DNA of 60,672 nt, filler included, from Platydemus manokwari (lineage: Eukaryota), in the NCBI GenBank assembly GCA_037951405.1. It is 6 parts of 6 records of this genome, joined end to end, with 100 filler letters (N's around TTAATTAATTAA, not from the genome) between each part and the next. Parts side by side here need not be neighbours in the genome. Positions count along the whole stretch, not along the records: positions 18,454 to 27,717 come from JBBMOY011275428.1; positions 27,818 to 40,022 come from JBBMOY010255560.1; 4 more parts are not named here. One strand, written 5' to 3'. Of this stretch, positions 25,001 through 37,590 are shown one piece after another. The first letter of the stretch is position 1; the number at the start of each line of letters is the position of its first letter. Made by a program: the position numbers and the translations under genes. The notes beneath the pieces are model-generated. The model was given only the letters and a program-made list of their open reading frames with translations. It was not told the DNA's origin and did no database searches.

Positions 25001-25259
25001 TCGAAATTATATTAACTTGACATGTGTAACGACTTGTTGCAAAGCAGACGTGAACCCGAACATGAAGTGATTTACCAGAAGAAAATTCAAAACCCGATGC
25101 CAAATCGACACATAATATAATAACATAGTTCTGTAATACATTCCCATTTACATTGGAGAGTCAATTATTAATTGATCGTGAAATCAACCACCACCTTTCT
25201 TATTAGTGATAGTTATTTGATTTGCTCACCTTTTGTGATTTGATGAAAAATTTTTGTAA

Positions 25260-25700
25260 GCTATTACTATTTTATAAACCATTCATTGAAAGCGAGCTGA
25301 AAAATCACAACATCAAAATATATTTTTAATCGCAATTATTGAAATTCTCTAGATATTTATCTATTTAAAATATTTTAATTCTTCTTTATACAAATTATCT
25401 ATATAGTTTAAATATTTGCTTTATTTTTTTCTCTATAACCTCTATCTTCTTTATTTTTTCCACTTTTTACCATATATCTTTGATTCAACCTCGCTATATG
25501 TTCTTTACATCTTTTCCATAATTTCAAACTTATATATTGTCATACAATAGACATTCTCAGAATCAAATCCAAACTATTTAATAAAGCACCCATTTAAAAC
25601 TGACCAAAAAGTCAAGACATCAAATTATGTTTTTAATTATAAATATTCAAACAAATTAATATTTTATATAAATCTTATTTTAAAATTTTAAATTTCACTT
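25260..25700 (-). mobile_element. Two family B LTR/gag-start fragments
   Basis: AAAAGTCAAGACATCAAAT (~25610), CTCAGAATCAAATCCAA (~25560) and CTATTTTATAAACC...CTGAAAAATCACAACATC (~25270-25312) match family B reversed. Confidence 0.6.
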
Positions 25701-26064
25701 TATTGTAAATAATTATGGTTTGAATGTTGAAGACTGCACAAAATGGTGAAATTTTGAGAAAAAATTAATTAAAATCTGTACAATTAGAATTATCAATAAG
25801 TTTTAATTAAATTTTAAAATTAAACATTGTAATGGGTAAAAATTACTAGACATAAATGCCCTAATACCAGCCGAAAGCATAGGAAAGAATATTTGTATTG
25901 ATTTTTGAACTGTCACTGCTGGTTTGCATTTTTGGTTACCAATTAAAACTTCATTTGCAACATTCATTATTATTCATTCAAAAATCAAGATAGGAGAATA
26001 ATAATTATTGAGAATATTTTATCATAAACTATTATACATTGAACAATACAAAATTATATTAAAT

Positions 26065-26495
26065 TCACATTCCACTATATGCTGGTCCGCCACCACTTTC
26101 AGGAGTCACCCAATTTATATTTTGTCCTGGATCTTTAATATCACACGTTTTACAATGAATACAATTTTGAGCATTGATCACCAAATTTCGTTCGCCTTTA
26201 TCGTTCTCTACATATTCGTAGACACCTGCGCAACGGCGTGATATTATTTTGGTTATATCTAATTTCATGTTACCTGCTGGACAGAATCTTTGCTCAGGGC
26301 CATCATATATCGTCAAATTAACTTTATTAGGAACAGAATCGTCCTTTAACGTAAGATGAGCGGGCTGATCATGATCGTGATTTGTTCCGGTCAATGACAC
26401 GGAACTCAGTAGATCAAAGCTAAGAACACCATCTGGTTTTGGATAGTCGATTTCTTTTTGGGTATTCGCAGGTTTCAATTTTGTATGGTCGGCTC
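26065..26495 (-). CDS. etfdh: Electron transfer flavoprotein-ubiquinone oxidoreductase, last two exons (26495-26274, 26225-26065)
   Basis: (G)ADHTKLKPA...[36 protein letters not shown]...RFCPAG/VYEY...[37 protein letters not shown] is the 4Fe-4S C-terminus of ETF-QO. A 48-nt GT-AG intron lies at 26273-26226. Confidence 0.97.
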
Positions 26496-26854
26496 CTTGG
26501 TTTTAAATGTGGTATTTAAGAAAAACAATAATTCAAAATAGGAACACAAATATAATAATAAGAAAAATTCTTAATAATTTATCGAGAATTTTCCGTCATT
26601 TTAAAGTGGACTTGACAATTACCCACTTAAAACGAGAGAAAACATTTTATTTATTGTAGAAAAATTTTTAGTAATGAAGTAAAATTGTATAGGGAATTTC
26701 AGTGTTGATTAAGATTTTATTAAAATCCAGTATATCATTTATTTATCGACAACTTCGAGAGAAATTTATTCATCTCTATATTACAACTATCAATGATGAA
26801 ATATTATTTTGCTATTATTTGTTTGAACATTGTAAAAAATACTGTGGTAAAATA

Positions 26855-27330
26855 CAGGCTGGGCCAGAAATTAGGGGGCAGTGATACTTAAATTATTTAA
26901 TCACTCACATACTCATCTAACAAGCACTGAGATTAATAATATTGATATCTAGCTTGTTTTATTAAATTAAGCTTGTTTATATCCACACGCGGGGAGTTTG
27001 AAATGACTCGAGTGGCTCCCAAGATCCGCTAACCTTACTCCAATATGAAGCTGTGTACTGAACAGACCACGTTTATTGAAAGAATTGAAAAAAGAATAAC
27101 CAACGGTTGTTTTTTAATTACTCCGGAGCTTTGTCACAAAGTATGCTCATCGATGTAAAACAGAGTTTTGAAGTGTATCCGAGTAAATGGTGGACAATTT
27201 GAGTATTTGTAAATAAAAATGTCACTTTTAATTCATTACATTGTTGTGCATGGGTATAATGCCTTAAATAAACTGAACAGATACTTCAGCCAACATTTTT
27301 GGTATTGCCCTTAACTTCTGGCCCACCTTG
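26855..27330. mobile_element. Tc1/mariner-type MITE in the ETFDH intron
   Basis: TA|CAGGCTGGGCCAGAAATTAGGGGGCA ... TGCCCTTAACTTCTGGCCCACCTTG|TA: imperfect ~25-bp TIRs with a TA TSD. Confidence 0.85.
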
Positions 27331-27717
27331 TATTATAATTTTTTGTTAATGAAACAACAACAGCTAACATAGTGACGACGAATTTGATCACGCTTCTGAC
27401 AATATTAATCCCCGAAAAATATTGAAGAGTAGATTTTCTACAAGAAACATTTGAAGGGAAGATTTACAGAGTTAACTTAGATTTCATGAAATTGGATTGG
27501 AACAAGGGATTGAGCAATAGTTTTTATTTTTGATAATAATAGTTTGAGTTAAAGTAGTCATGTTAATATTTATAGAAATGGACCTGTTACACAATATCAA
27601 TAGAAGTTCTATAAATATAGTGTGAAAGAACAGAAAGAATAAAAAGAGAATTCTATAAATATAAATATGACGAAAATCAAATTTATAAAAGAAAAGGAAT
27701 GCGTGAGGATTATTGAA

Positions 27718-27817
27718 NNNNNNNNNNNNNNNNNNNNNNNNNNNNNNNNNNNNNNNNNNNNTTAATTAATTAANNNNNNNNNNNNNNNNNNNNNNNNNNN
27801 NNNNNNNNNNNNNNNNN
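27718..27817. other. Artificial contig spacer
   Basis: 44N-TTAATTAATTAA-44N. Confidence 0.97.
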
Positions 27818-27838
27818 TTGCTATAATACTTAAATTAC

Positions 27839-28574
27839 ATTGCATGCAACATATTTTTCTGTTAGGAATAAGATCTTTGATGGAAGCATCAAACATCTCT
27901 TCTAATTTATCGTACTAATTTAAATAATAAATTACAGTCGAATTATTTCTAATCATTATCAAATCTCTAATTCAATGAATATGACAGAAAATATTCAAAA
28001 AACTTATGAGTCACCTGGCAAAACAATCTAATAGATAGGTCGCAATTGACATAAATCATATGGATTGTAGAATTCCAATCAAATCCAACATCAGTGGGTA
28101 TGACTACATTTAATATTTTATTATTTTAGTAATACATTTTCTATTATCCCTTAATTATTTAATTTTCATATTTAACTCCTCTGCTATTTTTCTTTACTGA
28201 AAGCCATGACGAATGGAAACAGCATTTAATTAGCGAATACAATATTGAAGTACTCAGTAATTTTCTATTCGCGTGCTTATTAGCAAAAACGCTATGATCA
28301 AATGAACACTAGTGCCAACAATCATTATTCATAAAATATTACAAGATGGAGAAAGCGATTGCATTTGGTTAGCCCACAGTTGATTGGTTGAAGGTGTGCT
28401 GAGAAATGGATCCGATTGGCACTGGATAAAGGCACAGAACCTATTTGGGTAATATTTGAGAATGTTGACGTGAAGATATTGATAAAAAATGAAAAGGATA
28501 TTGATATACCGAAATACGATATAAATATAAATAATTATCATAAGCAACAGCCATCTTCCCACTGGATAGAGCAT
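27839..28574 (-). CDS. N-terminal exons of an unidentified secreted or membrane protein (28574-28510, 28440-28343, 28103-28015, 27901-27839); truncated by the contig end
   Basis: Four GT-AG-linked segments with consistent phases give an open MLYPVGRWLLLMIIIYIYIVFRFCAFIQCQSDPFLSTPSTNQLWANQMQSLSPSFIPTDVGFDWNSTIHMIYVNCDLSIRLFCQKRCLMLPSKILFLTEKYVACN, with a hydrophobic leader, an NST sequon and Cys residues. Likely 5'UTR intron at 28762-28671. Confidence 0.65.
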
Positions 28575-30069
28575 TTTAGTTCTTAAGATATATATTTCTG
28601 GTCCTCGATCATTTCTAATGATCGTATGAAGACGAGATGAGGGTTTTTAGACGGTGTATTTATAAGTAATCTATAATTTAAACCTATTAACTCGTCTTTC
28701 AAATTATCTCTAACATCTCCAATTGTGATTTATAAAACTTATGTACTGGCTCTATATTTAACCTTTTCAAATAGCCACAGTTAAAAAGATGGTGCGATGT
28801 TAATGATAATTGTGGGTATGTTCCTTATATAACAACATGTTGGGTACAGAAGAATTGCAAAACTGTATTTCACCCCATCGTATTAATTGGTGCGCACATC
28901 AACAACTCCAAAATGTATCAAAATACTCCACAAATCAAATATGTCATATTACTCGGGTTTCAAATGACAGCTGGACATCTCTATATCAGTGTTTTGATCT
29001 GATCTTTTGTTTTTCAAGTTTCAATTGGATTTATCGATTTCCTGTGATCGAGATCGGTCAATCTCTCTGTGTGGATTGCTCGAATTATAATCTTTTATTT
29101 AATTCCTCTTTGATTGGCTGATTGCTATATATGTGTGGTTATGTAGGCATGCATATGCGTAAAATGTCGAAATAAGGGTTCCAAGGCGCAAAATGTTTTT
29201 TTCTGATTTCGTCATTACTCAACAGAAAGAACAACTCGCTTTTGATAATAAACGCTTATCGTTTATGAACAATTGTGCAAAACTTATAATTATGAACACC
29301 AATGCAAGATTATAATTTTAAAACTGTTTCTATACGCTCAAACGGAAGATCAATTCAATTATCGGAAAGTGTTGGATGATAAACTCCATTATGGAGTAAC
29401 CTTTTAACAAAACTGAAATTAAATTTATAAATAGGGAAAATATGTGAGAATATAGATTCGTATATGCGCCTTACTTTAACTGATGACATATTCATACCTT
29501 TGAATATGGGCACTTTCAGAACTTCTTGGCAACATCTTCCAGAGATGACAGTGAGCAAATATGAAAGTTTGACCCTGGATCTATTTTCAACGATGTCAAA
29601 TGATCTTGCTTTATCTTCTTATAATAAAGGGCTATTTACTAGTCATTTCAAACGTCAAAGGTAAACTGTAAATGATATGGCGTATTAGACAACAAAAATA
29701 AAATTACAATCGGTTTCATTGTCATTATATTTTCGAAATTTCTCTTATATTTCCTGCTTTGGATTTTTGGATAATATCGACTAGTTGTTAAATGCATTAT
29801 ATTTTTTATTTTTAATTCATAGTGATAATTATAATACGTTTTTATTATCCACGTTATTTATTCCCATGTGAGTATTACATATTGTTTAAGAATAAGAAAA
29901 TATTTTAAAAGGCTTGTATAGTTGAGTTTATCAAACAATTTTTGCTTAATTAATACTTTGAATAAATTCATATTTATAAATTTGACGGGCAAATAAAAAT
30001 TACAAATAATTAATAAATAATTTTTAACTAAAATAAATTTATGAATATTGAATTTAATATATTTAAAGA

Positions 30070-31010
30070 TCAAATAAATAAATAAAACTGAAAGAAAATA
30101 AAAATTGTTAAAATAAAATTTTTATTATTAAAAATAAATTTTAAAATAAAATTATATTAAAATTAGAGACCAAAATTAAATATTAAAAAAAATTCAATTT
30201 GTTTATTTAAATTAAAAATTTTATTTAGTAAATAAATTTCCAAATTAGAAAAAAATATTAATAATTATTTTCTTATATTTATTTATAAATATAAATCCGT
30301 TCCCCGTAACTGCAATTTTCTCCACGGACTCGGTCTGCTTTTCTTGACAGACTTGTTTAAGGACTACTTCATTGGGATTGAATTTTGTACAGTGAGAAAG
30401 TTTGTACATTGTAATATCAAATATATCTTTGTGATCAACTTATTGTCTTTTGGAGTGAAATTAATCAGTTAACGAGAGATAAAAAACTAAGATTTATTTC
30501 ACATAAACATAATTTTTTTGGCGATGCGGGGCACATGTTCTCACATCAATATACAGTATATACAGTTGCATTCTTTGAATGATTCATTCATCTTCGAGAT
30601 TCTTTGCTCAGTTTTCTCATGTTTCATTCGATAGATATCTATCAATCCGTGGTCGTTGCGCTCGGTTTGTTGAAGGCCCTTGTTTATGATGGTGGCTTCA
30701 GTTTCCTTTGATCAGTGTGCGCTTTGTATGTTGCAAAGGCATCTTTTAATAATGTTGCAATCAGGAAGCCTGCAATGTGTGTAATCTGCTTTTGTCTAGG
30801 TCGATATTTTTGAGAAAGTTGTTGTTTTTGGGGTCGTATGAGCCAAGTACACTTATGCAAAGTAGATCCAGTGAGGTTTCATATCTGGTCTTTGTTTTAA
30901 TTTCTGATGCAATCGATCTGTATTTCTCGTAGTTCAAGATAAGGTGCTATTCGAAGTTTGCACTGAAATCGAAGGGGTTCTTCAGATCGATGATGTAAGC
31001 ATGAGCACAT
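30070..31010 (-). mobile_element. 5'-truncated RLE-type non-LTR retrotransposon (endonuclease C-terminus plus 3'UTR), related to 11560-15260
   Basis: AYIIDLKNPFD (core 30991-30968)...EKYRSIA...VLGSYDPKN (core 30844-30824); the AT-rich tail TTGTTTATTT...AAATAAATTTCCAAA is shared with ~11650-11690. Confidence 0.82.
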
Positions 31011-34000
31011 TTCAATATATTATTAACACTTTCACTTTCTGTTAAAAACCAAGATTACATAATTATACAAAAATGACTCGTAACATGGTCACTTTATATA
31101 TTCATCAATGGATCTGTGGAATTTACCTTACTCGAGCCATTAAAATATAACATGTACAAATTATATAAGAATAAGAAGAATTTGAAAAAAAACAAAAAAT
31201 TTACATTTAAAAATTTTTTACTTTTGACTGAAAAAATAAAACAAATAAAATTCAAAATTTTTAAAAAAATAATTTTAAAAATAAATAAAACAAAAATTTT
31301 GTTTATCCACAACAAATTCTTTTGTTTAAACTACGTCTAGGTCAACCAGATAAGACTTGAGGTCAAAAGAAGAAAATAATTTCAAAAATCTTTTTTTAGC
31401 AACTACGTCATTGCTAAAAATAGTGTAGGTCAATTTACCAACTCAAGTAGCTAAAAACAGTAGGCTGTTGCTAAATTTAGGCATGACATCTAGAGTTTCT
31501 AAATATAGAAACAAAAGAGAGCAAAAAATAAACACACAGATATGAAGCATGCGATCTATAAAATCAGTATATAAGAGCAAGCAAATTCAGTTTGATTGCA
31601 CTTTATTATACTCGCAGTTAATAGTTTAAACAAACGATTTTAAATTTTCTGAAGAAGCAGTTATCTGTTGGGAGCAGATTCTGTTGAGAACCAAATCGCA
31701 ACCTACCTTTATATTATATTAAATTCGATCGCTATATTTTATCGAATACTTATAACACCAGAATTTTGATTTAACTTCACTTAATATTATCTTATCTCAT
31801 AAAACCCCAACAGATCTCGAATACAAAGTGCATGCAAAGCAATTGTCAATCTCTCACAATCCCAACAAGTCTTTAGGCTCTGTGGAAGAATTTCTTTAAA
31901 TAAATTGACGATAAACCTGTAAATGCGATATTGGAATTTTGTTCTACCAATTAGAGTGATAGAATATCTGAGCAAAAATACAGAAAAAATCTTAACCTTA
32001 ACCTAAACAGAAGTCTTTTAATTATTATTATTACTATTAGATGACACGGATTACGCAAAAAATATAGATTTTATTTTAAATTTGTCAATTTTTAGGCCCT
32101 TATATTCAAGAAACCATTAATATTGTTCGGTAAATACTGTTTATATAATTATGTCATACATACCCGCTGAAAATATCACATTTGTGTAGCATCTATAAAA
32201 TGTTAAGATAGTAAATAATAAGAGTGAAGTAATCTGTAATTCAGCAAAACTATACGAGACAAAATAGTATGATAACAGTGACAAAGTATCTGACTCTAAT
32301 TACCCTTTCATTATCAGAAGATTGGCTAGTGTAGCCCGAGAATGATAAGTTGGTTAAGTCACTGCACCTTTACTTAAAATTCAAGATTTTTTATTAATAA
32401 ATCAACCTTAAGGAATCAAATGATAAATCTAATTCAAAGTGTTATTAGCCCAATAATCAAATATCAAAATAAGGTAATGAATAAAAATACTTTTATTATT
32501 GATTATGTATTGGACTCGATAAAACAAAAATTTAATTATATGTTAAGTGTGCTCTATTCTCGAGACAAAAACTACCGATGTCCCTAACAACCGCCCATGA
32601 GCTACCTCTAACTAAAGAAAGCTAAAGCTAAAAGAATTTAAGACTTTAATGATTTAAAGGCAAACAGATCTAGCTGTTGATGATAAATCTGTGTCAACCG
32701 GCATTACAATACAGAATAGATAAATTGATGAATGCATAATAAAAAAATTTGTGAGCAACACTCTGAAAGCTTCTGATTGGTTAGATTAATAATTGAATTC
32801 GGGTTGAATGACTGCCGTGCAATTAATAATATTAAGATAAGAGATGAATGTGGAAATTATTAATGGAACAATGTAATTTGATTAATCAATTAAGTGAGAT
32901 CTAACTCATAAAAGTTGTGCTAATACTTTGTCCAGTATAAATTGACTTTTCATTGGCACAATTTCTATCACGACAAACTTTGATTATCTTAATTTATGAA
33001 ATATGATTGCCACTTTTCAATTTAAGCGCATAAAATTCATTCGCATTATTTTATCAGTTTGACGAAAGCAACTCGATTATAGGAAAATCAGAATCATCTA
33101 AAACCATGATAATTTGATATGTTAAATTTTCAATAAATATATTTTTAATATAATTGAAACCTGACTATTTCAATAATCATATGGTTTTACTATAACTAAA
33201 AGACTCCATTTCAAATTATCCAATTTATGTTTTAAATGACGAGAGTTTTCTTTAATTTTATTTAATCTTAAATATTACCATATTAATTATAGGTCGCAGC
33301 TTTTGCAAATATGAAGTCAGATATTCTAGGATTATCATAATAAAATCACTTATTTTGCTGTAAAACCATGAGATTGCGACCAGGTTAAAATTTAAAAAGG
33401 AGTTTACAAAGATTTGAGGTGGTTGTTATATAAAAGAAAAGGAAATCTTTAGGTTGTTGCCTAAACCTCGGTATGTGATGTTTTGAATAAAATTTAACAA
33501 AATCTAATGTTTATAGACAATACTAATAATTATTATATCCAGTATTATTACATCCCCTTATAAAGTAACAAAAAATAATTATAATTTCTTTTGAGAATGA
33601 AGTTTCTTGAAACTCACAAATTCTAAGTGGTTTTCACTGAGACATCACTGGGATTGTACAGAAATAAACGTGTTATTTTGTTTGTCTTAGTGTTGATAGG
33701 ATGGTAAAATTTACATTTAACAATTTATACAATTACACTGTTTTTATATCAAGTATTTCTGAATACTTCTTGAATGCGTTCATTTTAGCTTAACTAATAT
33801 AATAGCTTTATAAGTATGTTTTTGATAAATCAATTATTTCAGTTTTTTCAAGTATGCTCATTTTGCATACTTGTCTGCGTTTTCTAGTACGTGCAGATAA
33901 CTGTTTTTCATTTCATGTTATCGAATTCAGAGCTGATACTTATTATTAGAGTATTATCTCTACTTTTTCTAGATTCATTGTTTCATTATCAGTAAATTCT

Positions 34001-35129
34001 ACTTTTTTTCATGGAAAAAAGTTAAATTCTCAAAGTGCGTAAAGAACAATATGCTCATTTCAATAATGCGCTAAAAATATTAAATGAAATTCATAAAATC
34101 CAGTTTTGTAACGGTTTGTGTACAGAATAAAATTATCGAAGAAACATCTCAGTTTGATATATTAAATCGTTGCATGAACTTGCTTAGATATGTGTTAGAA
34201 AAAACAATTCTTAAAATTTATATCATTAAATTTTGTAATCAGTTTTCAGAGCTTAATTAACAAGAATATTATCCGCGTAATACCAAGAGCTTTGAAGTCA
34301 ATTTTACTACATTGAAATATTAAAACAATCATTATATATCTTAAATTTCTTATTAAGAATTTGTTTATTGTGTGATTCTTTCATTTTAAAATTTAATTAA
34401 CTTGTTTTTCATGTTTCCTTATATCTCATTTATTTTTCGTTTATCAGAATAAAGTTGAACCAAAAAATTATTTCTAAATTATTAAATTATACGTAAAAAT
34501 TTCACTAGCATGAAAGTGAAATTAAATTTTGCTTTTCATCTCCATTGAATTAAGATATTGAAGAAGCAAAAAATAAATTATAAACTTGCATGTATTAGTA
34601 AAATTTTAAAAATTATTTAATCTAATATTCTGAGTTTAATCACAAACAAGTTGCAAATTAAAATTTAGGAGTAAATTGCGAATCACAAGTCGGAAAATTT
34701 AGTTCTGGTGAGTTTCAGGCTACCTAGTTTATTAGAAAAAGTTGAATATAGATTCTAATTATTCGAATGATACATTCTATTGAAGTTACAGAAGCAACTA
34801 ATATTTTAAAAATCGGTATGAAATCTAATTCAAAGTGAATAGTTATATAATTCCAGGTACTTTTTTAATTTATGCGTAAAACTTATGTTTTAATAGCTGT
34901 TGTAAAATAAGTAGTGAAATGGTGAAAATTTTATAAATATTCAATTATTTTACAGTTGTCTCTTTATTCTGAATCTTTTATGCTAGGCTTAAATCTTATG
35001 AACTTCATTCAAGCCCGATTTCAGAGAGATGTTGAAGGTGGAGGAAGTCCCAAAAATCTCAAAGCTTCCATAAAATGAAACATAGTGATAACTATAATCC
35101 AGAATATCACTAAGTCCCGCTTACTGGTT

Positions 35130-36500
35130 GAGATCTGACGATAAATTTACTAGAAGATAAAACACATGTAGTGTTGCATACAGTGAGCCGATCACTGTCA
35201 ATGAGATTCGAGAAGGAATAACCTAAAATATGGGGAGAAATAGGATAGGATAATCTTTCTTCAAATATTACAAGAGAGCAGTAATAAGCTTGTCCGATAT
35301 GGTAGTTGAACCAGTACTTCCAAAAAAATCCCAGAAAAACCTCTAATTTCGTCAATGCCATTTGAAGCGGCTAAAAGGCACATTTGGTTCTTGAGAAGAA
35401 GCCTAACCCTAAAAGAAGAACGAAGAAATATCATCTTCTTGAATGTCAAGATGGGAATGAATTTCTACAAAATATACCACCCCTCATGGGTAGGAATAAT
35501 GGGTTACAAGGGTAGTATGCTCTTCAGCTCGAACATGGACCCAAGAGCTGAAATAAAAGAATATTATACCGAAATTAGGGGGTTTAGTGATTATGAATTA
35601 CGGAACAGACCAATGCGGAAAAAGTAGAGGTTCGTAGAATGCAGTTGTGGAGAGGCCGAATCATCATAAGCCAAGAAGTCTCCAAGGGCTTGTGTGTCAC
35701 GATTGATAGATGTCTACTACAGGGTCATAAGAAGAGCTCTGAAGAAAAACCCCATCGCATATCATTTGGACGATGCAAGAGATATTTATTGGAAGCTGGA
35801 ACTCAGCTGGAGAGACTATGAATGGGATAGCCAACAAAAGAGAAAAGAAAAGATGTTTGAAGAGATAGAGACGCAGGAGCTAAGAAAAGCAGCCAAAAGT
35901 CTAGATTTGGTATCAATTCTAGCTTCGAAAACAATAATCAAGGAGTAAAGGGAGCAGAGGATATGGAAGCTGATCCCTCTGGACGAAGAACAAAAGAACA
36001 AAACGACGATGGCAGGGAAGAAAAGATACGATTATATGACCCGTCTACATCTAGGGGAAGAATACCATCTACACAGGAAAATTTAAGAATGGTCCCAAAA
36101 AGATCAGAGCCGGAAAACAAAGCAAAAGAAAGCATAATGGACATGAACAAAGAAACAGTAGTGAGTAAAGATCTTCAAGAAGATGAATATATGTCTGACA
36201 TTCTAGAGTTGCTGAAAATAGAAGAGTCCCATCATGAAAAAAAATAAAAGAAGAAAAGAGGCACCCATGAACTACTCAGCACCAACCCAAAAAGGCAGCA
36301 AGAGCAGTCAAGTAAACAACACATTCGACAAACAGAAAAATCTACGAATACTCCGAAGTGACACTAGATTCGATCTGGACAGTCAAGTCCAATGAGTATA
36401 TTAGTTCATACCTCCGCTACGAATAAGAGTCGGAAAACGTGGAAGAAGCCCAGTAATAAGGCAAATAAGAGGAAAGCCGTCTTCAATACATAGGTACGGC
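35130..36500 (+). pseudogene. Intronless decayed ORF of unknown origin (probable TE ORF or endogenous viral relic)
   Basis: ORFs 35355-35627 and 35694-35948 are in the same frame, separated by isolated stops, and 35963-36247 follows in another frame. The region is purine-rich, higher in GC than its flanks, and has no evident splice signals. Confidence 0.45.
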
Positions 36501-37477
36501 TACGTCTTTTTGACCCTTCCCCATGTATTGTTTAGGATAGCACTCAAAACAAATAATTTCTATAGAACTCAAAGCAAAAAATTTTTAAAAATTATCTGGT
36601 CTAAAGAAGGAGTAGGTCAGAAAAGCTGATCACATAACTATAAACAAGTAAAAATAGTAACTCCCGTTATACCGGTAAAACACAAATAATATATTTTTGT
36701 ACACAGATTAAAAGTAGTGCCATCACAATAAATGCACCAGGAATAAAAACCTATATAAAGACATAACATTTTGAAAGGGAGACCACTGAAAAAATTCACC
36801 GAAAGAAGAAGTATCTGCAATAAATTCAATTAGCGAGTTCAATATTTTTTCTAGTACAACTACAGTCATAATCGTGAGTTCTGTTCTATTTGTTTGAGCC
36901 CTATCATAATGATCATAGTTTAATTAATTTATAATTTATAATTATCTGTCGCTTCCAATCGTCATCTTCCGGTAACCATTGTGCGAATATTACTTAGCAA
37001 ACTACTTGCGTAGTGTGTTACATATTTTGGCAAAACTTTTTATTTTTTAATACTCACACTGTTTTCATTTTTCCTAAATAAACATTGCTGGGAATATATA
37101 ATACAATATACTAATAACAATAATACAATGATAATATATAATACAAAATAATGGGTCATTAAAATAGGATATATAGCACATATACTCCCCTCACATCCTA
37201 GCCCACACAGGAAATTTTCATAATTTTCACATAATCGAATGGTATATTAATGCGTTGCCGGGACAACACCCTTGGGGTAATAAATCACCATGGTAAATTT
37301 TAAAAAGTAAAAGAATCCGGGGAAACGGTAAAAAATTTTCAAAATAATAATTAACTCCCACAAACGCTCAAGCGATGAAACAATATATCAGTGAAGACAA
37401 ATAATGGGATTGGCTCTCAAAAATTTACGACAAAATCACTGCTAACCAAGCTCCGAAGTAGGACATTACTTATTACT

Positions 37478-37590
37478 CTCATTCATCAAATTGTTTATCG
37501 GAATTAACATTTATTCATTAAATTGCTTATCGGAATTTAGAGTCATTCATCAAATTATCATTGGCAATCAAGCCCAGTCATCAGTAACTG
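37478..37590. repeat. Degenerate ~33-nt tandem repeat (3-4 units)
   Basis: ATTCATCAAATTGTTTATCGGAATT / ATTCATTAAATTGCTTATCGGAATT / ATTCATCAAATTATCATTGGCAAT. Confidence 0.65.

Noticed and set aside
29858-31340. K/N/F/I-rich short ORFs (29858, 31094, 31116, 18486 and similar)
   Set aside because: Translations of AT-rich low-complexity DNA.
37478-37590. Repeat-spacer look reminiscent of CRISPR
   Set aside because: Contiguous degenerate units with no unique spacers, in eukaryotic context with no cas genes.
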